From positions 283,650,001 through 283,714,000 of the forward strand of contig OZ024740.1 in NCBI GenBank assembly GCA_964016885.1: a DNA stretch of 64,000 nucleotides. Reading direction: 5' to 3'. This DNA is from Eledone cirrhosa. Its lineage: Eukaryota. This document shows, in pieces, positions 29,216-40,808 of the stretch (within the stretch, counting starts at the first letter, position 1; each line of letters begins with the position of its first letter). Both the position numbers and the translations under genes were made by a program. The notes under the pieces were generated by a model. The model saw only the letters and a program-made list of their open reading frames with translations. It did not search any database and was not told the DNA's origin.

Positions 29216-29374
29216 CAGTCATGGGCAACCTGCGACCCGCGAAGCTTTCTGAATGACTCACCTAAGTCTTTCTGATTTTTTTACCCAAACTTTTCAGTCG
29301 TAATTTATCTTTCTATTATTTTTACGATCGAAGAAAACATGCGGCCCGCTTCTCGAAAAGGTTGCCCATGCCTG
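29216..29374. mobile_element. hAT (Charlie/Buster-type) MITE
   Basis: TIR cagtcatgggcaacct / aggttgcccatgcctg; 8-bp TSD cattaaac/cattagac; subterminal GCGGCCCG motif. Confidence 0.9.
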
Positions 29375-30065
29375 CATTAGACTGTTGGAAAAGAAGCTCT
29401 AATTTCAACAGCAAGGGAAGTAATTTCATCTGTCTGTTTCTAAAAAGATAACTTATTTCCATACACTGTTGATATTTGTGACAAAATTTCATTTATTTTT
29501 TCATTAATTTAATTTGTTTATGAATAGTAAAAGCCTAAAGTCTGACCATATAATTCAAGCAAATTAATTTATGTTTTAATATTTTATTCTATGTAAAAGC
29601 ATATCATATAAATATAATTTAATAGAAAAAGAAATTGTTCGTAGTTAATCAAGTTCCATTTAATATTTAGGTTGTGAATTGGCAAAATCTCACCGAAGTA
29701 AACTTTACCTTTCATCCTTTTGGGGTTGACAAAATAAAGTACCAATCCAGAACAGTGGATTGGCGGGACTGTTAAAGTTTCGGTCGGGTACTTTGCTGTG
29801 TCTGTTCCGGCTTCATGCGTTTTTGAATTAAAATCCTGCCTCCTGGAACTAGAACAATTGTGACATGAAACATCCCAGAATCCTCCCATGGGATGGAATC
29901 TCATAATGAGCCGCAAAACTTGAGCAGGTGTACGAGTTAGCCGATTCCCTCTGAGCCGACCACTATATCAAACGATACATATTCTCTAACTATCCTCGTT
30001 TTCATACGTCCTTCTCTGCTTTATTTCACACACACACACACACACACACACATACATACACACAT

Positions 30066-30115
<50 letters not shown>

Positions 30116-30199
30116 ATGTATGTATATATATATATGTATAAACAAATTTCATCACAATTTTATGAAAAAGTATTTTAAGTCATGTTCCAAACACCAGCT

Positions 30200-30652
30200 T
30201 AATAATGGTTTCTCATATAGGCACAAACAAGGCCAGTAATTTGGGGGAGGGGGAAGTCGATTAAATCGACCCCAGTGCATTACTGATACTTTATTTTATC
30301 GACCCTGTAAGGATTAAAGGCAAAGTTAACCTCGGCGGCATTTGAACTCAGACCATAAAGCGCCGTAACTCTATGCTGCAAAGCATGGCGTTCGACCCTC
30401 TACCGATACTGCCAATCCACCACCATCTTAATAATGATTTCTTATATAGGTACAAGGCCAGTAATTTGGGGGAGAGGGAAGTCGATTAAATCGACCTCAG
30501 TACATCACTGGCGCTTTATTTTATCGACCCTGTAAGGATGAAAGGCAAATTTAACCTCGGTGGGATTTGAACTGAGATCATAAAGCGCCGTAACTCTATA
30601 CTGCAAAGCATGGCGTCCAACCCTCTACCGATACTGCCAATTTACCACCAGC
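30200..30652 (-). mobile_element. Two tandem long-tail SINE-A copies
   Basis: Reverse-complement family match; caccagcttaataatg occurs at both ends. Confidence 0.88.
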
Positions 30653-30973
30653 TTAATAATGAGAAAAGTAGTTATATCACTACACCCTTCTAGATTCTTG
30701 ATTACTTTCAAAATTATTTACAAACCATAGGCAGTGTCTTCCATTAGAAATATAATAACAAAAAGGTCAAGTAACTTAAAAACTTTGTTGTTGGTGAATC
30801 ATCACTGATGACTTAAGTGAGTGTTAGTAAATCAACAGTGAATGGGATTTTCTAACCAGTTTTGGATAGCAAAACATTCTTCAGTTTATGAAACCTCTTC
30901 AAATCCTTATTTGGAATTGCAACAAATAGGAAAAGAAATGCAAAGTGATATTAGATTATAGGGTATTATAGAG

Positions 30974-31177
30974 CAGATATGTTAAACATGCGGTCCGCGG
31001 GCCGCATGCGGCCCTTTACAAGCTCGCCTGCGGCCCGCACAAAGGTTTTTATGGCGGGAGCGCAATATAAAGTAAAATATATTAGTTGTAATGTGCGCAA
31101 TTATTTGTCATGTGTAGCCCTCAACCACATATATGTGACACGTGTGACCCTCGGGGACCCTCAGTTTGGCGTGCCTG
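30974..31177. mobile_element. hAT (Charlie/Buster-type) MITE
   Basis: CAG...CTG termini; perfect 8-bp TSD ttatagag (30966-30973, 31178-31185); gcgggccgcatgcggccc subterminal palindrome. Confidence 0.9.
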
Positions 31178-31494
31178 TTATAGAGCATTACTCAAAAGAA
31201 TTACAGAAATTTGTTTTATCCCTCTATTTTTTGGTTAAAATCCAGTTGCAATCAACTGTTTTTAATCCGACTGTTATCGCTATTTTTAATGTCTTAGTCA
31301 CAATGGAGGAATGAAAGCGTTCATGGTGCTTGTTGCAGGACATCTAGCGTGAAGAAAAATTTTGTTGATATACTTGAACGGGACACGGGCCAGGTGTTCT
31401 TGATAAACCTGGTGACAATCAAATGTCAATCATTTACATTAAACTGATATTGTTCTTTAGAAAGAAATGTTAATAAATTATTTTCATTAAATAA

Positions 31495-31677
31495 ATAATT
31501 GTTTCTAATTTTGGCACAAGGTCAGCAATTATCCCAGTGTATTACTAGTACTTTATTTTATCGACCCCGTAAGGATGAAAGGCAAAGTTAACCTCGACGG
31601 GATTTGAACTCTGTCCGTAAAGGGACGTAACTGTGCTGCAAAGATGGCGTCCGGCCCTCTACCGATACTGCCAATCG
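31495..31677 (-). mobile_element. SINE-A copy
   Basis: Family match. Confidence 0.88.
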
Positions 31678-31844
31678 AAAATAGATAATACGAATTCAAA
31701 ATGATCAGGTTGAATTAATTTAAAAAGATATGAAAATATTTCTGTCAAGGAGCCAGGGGTGCCAACTTGGACTACAAATAGTCAATTATGCTACTTTTCG
31801 GAACTGGGCATTATTGGGGGTTTTTGTGGGGGGGGGGGGAGTCA

Positions 31845-32027
31845 ACGTGGGTCGGCTGAAAGATACTCTCATGGAATGACCAAATGAGGTTTATTTTTCA
31901 ACATAGTCTCTGGAAATAAACAATGCAGTTATTAATAAGAAGAGTTGAAATTAATGCATGCAAGATCTCATAGCTCTAGCGTCACTCTTTTATAGTCAGC
32001 TTATGAACTTTTTAGCCGATCCTTGTA
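31845..32027. mobile_element. Mariner-type MITE relic
   Basis: acgtgggtcggctgaaag / ctttttagccgatccttgta imperfect TIRs. Confidence 0.6.
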
Positions 32028-32466
32028 ATTTGGGCTACATGCAAATTTAACATTGTAATTCCTAAGGTAATAATCCACTACTTTTATAAAATTCTACGCT
32101 CCTTTTTTTATGAAATTAATCTGGCAGCCTAACACAGAACTTCCTGGCAGAAAAGACGAGACTCCAGTATAACTCTTGATTGTGAGTTTCTTTACGATCG
32201 GTTTCGACATTTCGAAATAATTTCCATTTAAAACACTGGAGTTCATTCAGTCAATTCCATCCCTCCCTGTATTTCATCAAATGGAGCTATTCGCTATCCA
32301 AATCTCAATGATCGATATCACTTGGTGGTTACTTATGTATCAGTTTCACTATCTATTCGATCAACGACACTCTCACTTTAACAATTTATCTTTTTAAGAA
32401 ATTATTATTTGCTTCAATAGTTAACGTAATATTTACGCTAGATTGACAGGGTATCGTTTAAATTAG

Positions 32467-32930
32467 GGGATTGGCAGTATCGGTAGAGCATTGGACAACA
32501 TATTTTGCGGCATAGAGTTACATCCCTTTACGGTTTGAGTTCAAATCCCACCGAAGTCGATTTTTACCTTACATCCTTATAGGGTTGATAAAATAAAGTA
32601 CCAGTAACGAACTGGGGTCATTTCAATCGACTTTTGCCTCCCCAACAATTGATGGCCATGTACCTAAATCTGAAACCATGATTGGATTAAACCATCCTTG
32701 ACACAGTTACTTAAAGAGAAAAGCAATTTGATTAAATGTCATAATTATTTCTACTTTTGGCACAAGGCCAGCAATTAGCCCAGTACATTACTGGTACTTT
32801 ATTTTATCGACCCCGTAAGGATGAAAGGCAAAGTGAACGTCGGCGGGATTTAAACTCAGACTATAAAGGGCCGTAACTCTATGCTGCAAAGCATGGCGCC
32901 CGACCATCTACCAATACTGCCAATCCCCCG
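32467..32930. mobile_element. Inverted SINE-A pair (plus ~32467-32680, minus ~32741-32930)
   Basis: Family match on opposite strands. Confidence 0.85.
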
Positions 32931-33119
32931 TTACCTACGCAGGCGCATTCCAGCCTCTAAACGACAAAGGTGCTATCTATCTGTCTTATCTACCGCCAAT
33001 GTATTGACCACTCTTTCTAGGAAGTGATGGATCTCGTTCCACTTCTACTCAAGCACTCATAACTCACTCGTGTTCGGACCTGGAGTGCAGCGTCAGTTGT
33101 CTGTAGGAGGGTAGTAATT

Positions 33120-33198
<79 letters not shown>

Positions 33199-33309
33199 TA
33201 TATTAGGTTGTCAAGTATGAAATTTGTAGAAATTTGTAGGAAAAAAAAAGTTCTACAAATTTCATACTTGACGACCCAAAATATATAAGTACTATATTGT
33301 TCTCTGTCA

Positions 33310-33436
33310 TTCTGCCATTCTGAGTTCAAATCCCGTCTAGGTTAACTTTGCCTTTCATCCTTACGGGGGTCGATAACATAAAGTACCAGTAATGCACTGG
33401 GTAATTGCTGGCCTTGTGCCAAAAGTAGAAACAATT
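33310..33436 (+). mobile_element. 5'-truncated SINE-A with TSD
   Basis: tatattgttctctgtc on both sides. Confidence 0.88.
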
Positions 33437-34375
33437 ATATTGTTCTCTGTCGTTTCACCAGTCATTTCTGTTACACAGCTTTCTACAACCCACTCGTTTC
33501 TCCTCTTCTCATCATCAATGTTGTGTTAAAGAAGAATCACTGGAATTCCCTCCCTGCTCATATCTTTCCAAAATGAGTCAACTTGGAGTAGCTTAAGTGC
33601 AACCTCAATGGCATCACTCTATCCGATTTGCAATCTTGGAAGATCTATGAAGTCCGTCAGCATTGCGCCTTACGTCCACATATGACGAACAATAAATTTA
33701 AAAAAAACACACCATTAACATAGTTGGGGTTTTGATAGCATTCGGAGGTTAATACTTGGATATCAACGGGTGTAGATTAATGTCAAACTAAATAAACATT
33801 GATGAAAATAGAGGAGCGAATAACGATGGTGAGGATAGAGTATATATGAGTGGGTGACGACGGTGGAGGGGGGGTTATGGTGATGATGATGATGATGATA
33901 GTCGTGGTTGTGGTAAGGTTGATGGTGATAGTAGTGGTGCTGCTACTGCCGCTGTTGCTAGTGATAAAGTTGATGATGATGATGGTGGTGGTGGCGATGG
34001 GGGATTGCAGTGACAGGTGTAACAAGAAAAGTAGAAAAGGGGTAACATTTCCTCTCATCTATCTTGCCTGTTATTTAAAAGTAACTTTGCTCAAAGGTGC
34101 TGAAAACATTTGCTACGCCACAGGGCAGTTATTTCTGAGGTAGCGGTGGTGGTGGTGGTGGTGGTGGTGGTGGTGGTGGTGGTGGTGGTGGTGGTGGTAG
34201 TAGTGATGGTGGTAGTGGTGGTGGTAGTGATGGTGGTGGTGGTGGTGGTGGTGGTAATGAGGAGGGTTTGTAGGAGGATAAGGTGAAATATTTCAGCTGA
34301 TGTTCATATTGGTATGTTTAATGAAAATGCAAAACACACGTAAATAAATATGTGCCTGGCAATGTTTCTGTCATT

Positions 34376-34873
34376 ATATCGGTAGAGAGTCGGACGCCAT
34401 GCTTTGAAGCATAGAGTTACCTCCCTTTACGATCTGAGTTCAAATCCCGCCGAAGTTAACTTTGCCTTTCATCCTTACGGGGTCGATAAAATAAAGTACC
34501 AGTAATGTACTGGGTAATTGCTGGCCTTATATGTGTGTGTGTGTGTGTGTACATAAATATATATATATATATATATATATGTATATGTATATATATGACA
34601 CTTGGACGTGCGTCTACATGTGAACACATATCTGAGGAGCTTCCGATTCCAGAGTCAGGATCGAAGGTTAATCAATCATTCCTCGAGCTGATCAGCAGTG
34701 AAACATATGTAATATGTAATTAAATATGTAAATGATGCAATACTGATTCTTTGTTCCCTTTTAATATTATCATTATATTGACTTTGCCTTTCATCCTTAC
34801 GGGGTCGATAAAATAAAAGTACCAGTAATGCACTGGGTAATTGCTGGCCTTGTGCCTAAAGTAGAAACAATTA
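34376..34873 (+). mobile_element. Two truncated SINE-A copies (~34376-34528, ~34778-34873) bracketing a hammerhead-bearing insert
   Basis: Family match. Confidence 0.8.
34626..34717 (+). ncRNA. Type-I hammerhead ribozyme, apparently complete
   Basis: Stem I ACATAT (34626-34631) / ATATGT (34712-34717); CTGAGGA (34632-34638); stem II GCT/AGT closing a ~55 nt insert; GAAAC-ATAT-GTA with palindromic stem III ACATATGT; predicted cleavage after 34711. Confidence 0.75.
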
Positions 34874-34909
34874 TATATATATACTATATACATACGCACG
34901 TACACACAC

Positions 34910-35000
<91 letters not shown>

Positions 35001-35148
35001 GAAACATTTTGCTATTAAAAGCGCGAGTTCGGAAGACACTTATGGAAGTATGAGCAGCGAAGGGAAACGTACCTGAGTATTTACAAATTCTAGAATTTTT
35101 TTGTGTGAATGACAGTCAGTGCGTCAGGATATAGTGTGTGTGTGTGTG

Positions 35149-35233
<85 letters not shown>

Positions 35234-35644
35234 AGTTATTTTAAGAGTAAGAGACGGTAATGAGGGAGGGTCAGATTTTCCGCTCCACATCAAAAAGAGC
35301 GAGCCAGTGTTGATAACTTCCTTTCCGCGCCACTGAACAGTTATATTGGTAGAACTAGTTTCCTTACAGATGTCCCGTTTATAGTTGTGACAGCAATGTA
35401 AACAAACAGGTAAGTGATAGAGAAGGAAGAAGATGAGATGGGGAGGAGAAAGAGGACCCAATTATATGTTAGATACTGAACAGGCTACACACACAACTCC
35501 CTCTATCTCTCTCTTTATTTTACTCTCTGTCTCTCTCTTTCTTTTACTCTCTGTCTCTCTCTTTCTTTTACTCTCTCTCTCTCTTTCTCTTACACACACA
35601 CATTCTCTCTCTCTCTCTCTCTCAATATATATGTTATATATATA

Positions 35645-35951
35645 CGATATTAAACAAATGGAAACTATATTTATAAAACCATATTTATTTCGTTATATAT
35701 ATTTCTGGGATATCATATTAAAAATATGGTATGCCTTCCTCAGACACCCAACAATTTTATGTCTGAGGAAGGCATACCATATTTTTAATATGATATCCCA
35801 GAAATATATATAACGAAATAAATATGGTTTTATAAATATAGTTTCCATTTGTTTAATATCGGAAACCTACTCCAGAAACTGTTGGGTGCTTTTATATCAG
35901 TTATAAAATATTTACTCGTTGTAACCCAACAATTTTAAATAAAACTTTTGC
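35645..35951 (+). mobile_element. Penelope-like fold-back element, family C (102 bp arms plus tail) with hammerhead at ~35757-35819
   Basis: Arms 35645-35746 and 35760-35861; the loop cccaacaatttta recurs at 35925-35937 before AATAAA; CTGAGGA-long stem II-GAAAT-ATAT-ATA. Confidence 0.75.
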
Positions 35952-35957
35952 ATATGT

Positions 35958-36070
<113 letters not shown>

Positions 36071-36187
36071 CACGGAAATTCGTGAAGCGATCCGTATCTT
36101 CATATGCGCTGATATCACTGTGCTCTTAAGAAGTTCGCTTCACAACCATGTGAATGAGTACTCAATACCATAATAGGGATTAATATT

Positions 36188-36925
36188 TTGGCAGTATCAG
36201 TAAAGAGTCGGACACCATGCTTTTCGTCATAGAGTTACGGCCCTTTACGGTCTAAGTACAAATCCCGCCGAGGTTAACTTTGCCTTTCATCGTTTACAGG
36301 GTCGATAAAATAAATCACTAGTAGCGTACTGGGGTCGATTTAATTGACTTTCGCCTCCCCCCCAAATTACTGGCCTTGTACCTATACTAGAAATCAATAT
36401 TTTTTTATATTAAGGCAAAGCTTGAATCTTGTTACTCTGGAATTCATATATATAGGCGTTACAGTCTTCCACAGTCTCCGTATATCATATCAGACGGTGA
36501 ATTGGCAGTATCGGTAGAGGGTTGGACGCCATGCTTTCTAGCATAGTTACGTCCCTTTACAGTCTGAGTTCAAATCCCGCCAAGGTTAACTTTGCCTTTC
36601 ATCCTTACGGGGTCGATATAAAATAAAGTACCCGTAATGTGCTGGGTAATTGCTGGCCTTGTGCCTAAAGTAGAAACAATTAATAACGTCTTACTTAACG
36701 TCTTACTCAACAGGAACAACGGGACTATCACATCATATAATTGTTTCTATTTTTGGCACAAAGCCAGCAATTATCCCAGTGCATTACTGGTAGTTTATTT
36801 TATCGACCCCGTAAGGATGAAAGGCAAAGTTAACCTTGGCGGGATTTGAACTCAGACTGTAAAGGGACGTAACTATGCTAGAAAGCATGGCGTCCGACCC
36901 TCTACCGATACTGCCAATCCACCGC
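36188..36925. mobile_element. SINE-A cluster: plus ~36188-36400, plus ~36495-36682, minus ~36738-36925
   Basis: Family match. Confidence 0.9.
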
Positions 36926-37253
36926 TCTGCCACGCCACATATAATATCATTTCAAGAGGGTAATAGAATAGGTAATGATGTATACAATATCTCAAAAACT
37001 AGAGCGCCCGGAACGAAACGGGTGGTATTTTCTCAATGAGTTGCAGGAAAATATCAATTTCATGAAGATACCAAGAATCTTCTTATTTATTTTTATTCCC
37101 CAGTGTAATAAATGATTTTTACAACTTGTTTTAAATATCCTCATGCACCATAAAGTTTCGTAAGTTGAGGTAAACTATGCTGAAATGTAAATGTACTGTT
37201 AGAAAGTTGGCTAAAATGACACCAACAGTTGTAAGTATACACATACATAGCAC

Positions 37254-37740
37254 TTGGTTGGAAGTAGCGTTGATAGATTGATGGTTGTGGTGGTGGTGGT
37301 GGTGTTGGTTGTGGTGTTGGTGGCGGTGGTGATTGTGGTGGCGGCGGTGGTGATTGTGGTGGTGGTGGTGGTGGTGGGCATGGAGGTGATGGTAAGTGGT
37401 ATTGTTGGTGATAATAATGATGGTGATGATGATGATGAGGTTTTCGGTAATAGAGGGGGAGGGAGATTATGTTAACGATGATAATGTGGTGGTGGTGGTG
37501 GTGGTGGTGGTGGTGGTGATGAAGGCGATTATGATGGAGACGATGATGTTGGTGATGATGTTGATGATAGTGATGATAATGCGGGTGGTGACGTCGATGA
37601 TAATGGTGTTAATGGTGTTAATGGTGCGGTTTATGTGGTTTTGATGACGACGGCGATGACGCTGGTGACGATGATGATGGTTTTGACGATGATGATGATG
37701 ATGACGATGATGGTGATGACGATGAGGGTGATAATGGTGG
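37254..37740. repeat. (GTG)n/(GAT)n low-complexity tract
   Basis: Directly visible; a similar tract lies at 33850-34260. Confidence 0.9.
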
Positions 37741-38429
37741 TACTTTTTATGATGACAGGGCTGATAGTTCAAAAATAAGAAAGATGAGTAGCCGCACTTA
37801 GTCACTAACACAGAAGTTTTTACAAAATGAACGTCTTTGGATGACGTTTGAAGGCGAGATTTTGTATCATGTGACTTGATTCATTTACTAGCTACTCTCA
37901 CAGATATTTCAAAGTCACGAGACGCTGCTAATGGCTTCTATTCTCTATGTAAATGTAGAGATAATTAGTGAAAATAATAGAAATAGAAAAGAAAGAATTT
38001 ATCAAATTGTTTTTCTGTGTCTTTTATAAATGTGTATTTGTTTTGCTTTTAGACAAGTTGTTCGTGCTTTTCAGTCACGAAAACAGTAAAATTTATACAA
38101 TTCCTGAATAACCGCAAGCAATCACGATCTATTGCGTCATACTCTCTAATTTTATGTACTTTGTGTGTCAGATACCATGGAACTATAATATTTTGAAGTC
38201 ACACTGTTGATTGAACATCTTCGATTACAAACCAACAAAAAAATATTGTCTTTTTACTGTTTATTTTGATAAAAAAATTTTACACGTTTTATAACAATTT
38301 CTATCATAAATATTTATTCATATTTTTCTTTCTCTCATTTTCAATGTCTTATTATAGTTTATAAAGACAGTATTTGTTTTATTTAATATGCTTACGTTGC
38401 TTATCATGGTATTTTTTCTATCTTTTCAG

Positions 38430-40476
38430 GGGTTAACTGATGCTGTTTTAGAAAGCCACTACTTCTGCATTCAAGATGAAGCTACGTCAACTAATGGTCA
38501 GTTCCCTACCCCGGATGAGGGCCAGGAAGAAAAAACAGCCCTCTTTTCAAGTACTGAACAATGAAGCTCAACAGTACGACCGCAACTGCAACAGTTTTAG
38601 CCCAGAAATGTCCCCTGATATGACTGCAAAAGGTGACATTGACATTGTGAAAAATGTTTGCTTTCGAAGTGGAATCGAAAACAGTGGCAGTGTTAGTGGC
38701 AACAGTAATGGGAACCACACAACTACAACAACAGCATCGATTACGTCAACTAATAATGTAGGCAATGGATGTACAAACAAAACTGAGAACAATTGCCCTG
38801 CAATAGACTGTATAGATGTTGTAAATTTCAACGTGAACATCAAAGGAGCACCTGGTGACAACAAATGCGTTTGTTGTGACAAACACATTTCACAGATTAT
38901 GGCGTCATCTTCGTCATCATCATCACAAGATGCTGAAAGCACAGATAACGACGAGAATAGCAGCACCAGTGGCTGCAGCTCGGCTTCTAGCGACAAGCAG
39001 AACATTCCGAAGACACGATCTCGCATCCGGACCAATCCTTGGCTACCTTCGCCAAGACCGACACCCTCCACTTCACCAACCTACTCGTCTTCCTCATCCT
39101 CACTTACCTCCCATTCTCCTCTAGTGTCGCCACACATTACAAAGGGACGATATTCACATCCGGCCGCCAATGCTGAGTTTCGGCGACTTCAAGAAAATAA
39201 AGGATGTCGGATACGCTCTGACCGCAGCTGGACACGGAAGTTCGTACTGACCAACTTAAATGCCGCCATTGGTGGTGGTGGCAACGGTCGTCCACGTGGA
39301 TATTACTTGTCGGACAGTGATGAACAATCACCTATCGGAGACAAAAATGGATCGATCACGGAAGAAGAGGACGACGGCTACTTTGACCATCGAATCAGTT
39401 TCGAATACGAAGAGACATTGGAGAATTTACTGGAAGGAGATCTCCAACAGCTGCGGAATGAGAGTTACCTTTCCATACAAGACTTATTAACTGATGATTC
39501 TCGTCGCGATAAACGTAGGAGCACTTGCTCAGAATTCAGTTGTTGCCATGACGACAGCTGTGATGAAAGCGTTGCAGCCGACGCCATTAGCAACGATCTG
39601 GAAGGTTCATTAGTTTCCTCAACACTTAGCTCTGAGTTGGCGGATATACGTGAAACGGACACAGGCTATTCAAGTTTAGCCTTCGATAGTCCCTCCTCTG
39701 ATTTGGACAAGGCTTTTGAAAATATTTCAGAACAAGGGGACATTGGTGCTACAGTGCATACTGAGCGAAAGATCAACAGAGATTTATCCGATGACAATAA
39801 CAAAACTGAAGACGAGGAATCCGAAATTCGGTCTGAATTAGCCGAAGAGAGCGAGCTTATGGATCTTTTCCGTGACGATTTAACTGATGACGAAGTGGTT
39901 GCAACTTTGGACGAATCGACAATAAAGGTTCTTCAATCTACTGATTGCTGCTCTGATGACGATGAGCTGTTGGCATTGGAAGAATCGGAGAAAGTATCCA
40001 GTCTTGTTGGCAATAACCAATCTGTGAAGCCCACTGGAAATGATAAAGACAGTGTAGCTAAAGTTGTGGTCGACGACGATGGTTGTGTCACCGGTGCTGT
40101 ACCACGTCGATCTCTCAACGAGATAAGATGCAGTTTGGAAGAAAAAGTTAACAAACTTCGCCAAGAGAAACAACTCGTGGAGCAAAAAATTCGCGAGGCG
40201 AAAGAAGCCGAAAAAATCCGAGTGCAAGAAAAAAGGAAATTACAAAAACACGTGATCATGCACCGGAAACAGATGCTTCTACAGACACTGACCAATCTTA
40301 AGGAAAGGTTGGAAAACCAAAGCACACGTCTGCAAACAAGCTATAGCGCCGTTCTTTCGATGCAGCAACGATTTGCACAACGTCAATCTCCATTGTTGCT
40401 GATATCAGCCAGTAGCTCTTGAGATAACTTTACCAAAGATTTCTTGCTTTCAGGGCAAAAATATCAAAATTATTAG
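38430..40476 (+). other. Large internal exon containing the whole CDS
   Basis: Acceptor ttttttctatcttttcAG (38428-38429); donor AG|GTAAGT at 40477. Confidence 0.7.
38476..40422 (+). CDS. Uncharacterised 648-aa protein: basic N-terminus, Ser/Asp/Glu-rich disordered middle, C-terminal coiled coil
   Basis: Long non-repetitive ORF with higher GC than its flanks; in-frame stops upstream (38434, 38449) fix the start; heptad-like LEEKVNKLRQEKQLVEQKIREAKE...LKERLENQ. Family not recognised. Confidence 0.88.
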   Translation: MKLRQLMVSSLPRMRARKKKQPSFQVLNNEAQQYDRNCNSFSPEMSPDMTAKGDIDIVKNVCFRSGIENSGSVSGNSNGNHTTTTTASITSTNNVGNGCTNKTENNCPAIDCIDVVNFNVNIKGAPGDNKCVCCDKHISQIMASSSSSSSQDAESTDNDENSSTSGCSSASSDKQNIPKTRSRIRTNPWLPSPRPTPSTSPTYSSSSSSLTSHSPLVSPHITKGRYSHPAANAEFRRLQENKGCRIRSDRSWTRKFVLTNLNAAIGGGGNGRPRGYYLSDSDEQSPIGDKNGSITEEEDDGYFDHRISFEYEETLENLLEGDLQQLRNESYLSIQDLLTDDSRRDKRRSTCSEFSCCHDDSCDESVAADAISNDLEGSLVSSTLSSELADIRETDTGYSSLAFDSPSSDLDKAFENISEQGDIGATVHTERKINRDLSDDNNKTEDEESEIRSELAEESELMDLFRDDLTDDEVVATLDESTIKVLQSTDCCSDDDELLALEESEKVSSLVGNNQSVKPTGNDKDSVAKVVVDDDGCVTGAVPRRSLNEIRCSLEEKVNKLRQEKQLVEQKIREAKEAEKIRVQEKRKLQKHVIMHRKQMLLQTLTNLKERLENQSTRLQTSYSAVLSMQQRFAQRQSPLLLISASSS

Positions 40477-40584
40477 GTAAGTACCAAGTCTCCTGTTTTA
40501 ACTGTTTAAACAGCACAAACACACAGGTGCCAGCACACACACACACGTGTTGACTCGGTGAACCTCGAGTCTCAGTCAATCAAG

Positions 40585-40615
<31 letters not shown>

Positions 40616-40619
<4 letters not shown>

Positions 40620-40808
40620 AACGAGTAGGACCCCGACGGCTGAGCTCAAGCCGTTTCGACGGCTAATTCTGGACTGAATTAGCCGTCGAAACGGCTTGAG
40701 CTCAGCCGTCGGGGTCCTACTCGTTCCTATTACCCACTCTACTACCCTAAGTATTGAGTACTTTGGTGCGTTATGATCCACCTGGTTCCTTACCACATTT
40801 CCTTCGTT
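40616..40808 (+). mobile_element. Penelope-like fold-back element, family A, in (TA)n
   Basis: Arms 40616-40669 and 40676-40729 with loop tggact; GAAACGGCttgagctcaGCCGTCgggg; TATTGAGTAC tail. Confidence 0.8.

Noticed and set aside
38506-40325. Antisense and alternative-frame ORFs within the 648-aa CDS
   Set aside because: Shadow ORFs with no independent evidence.
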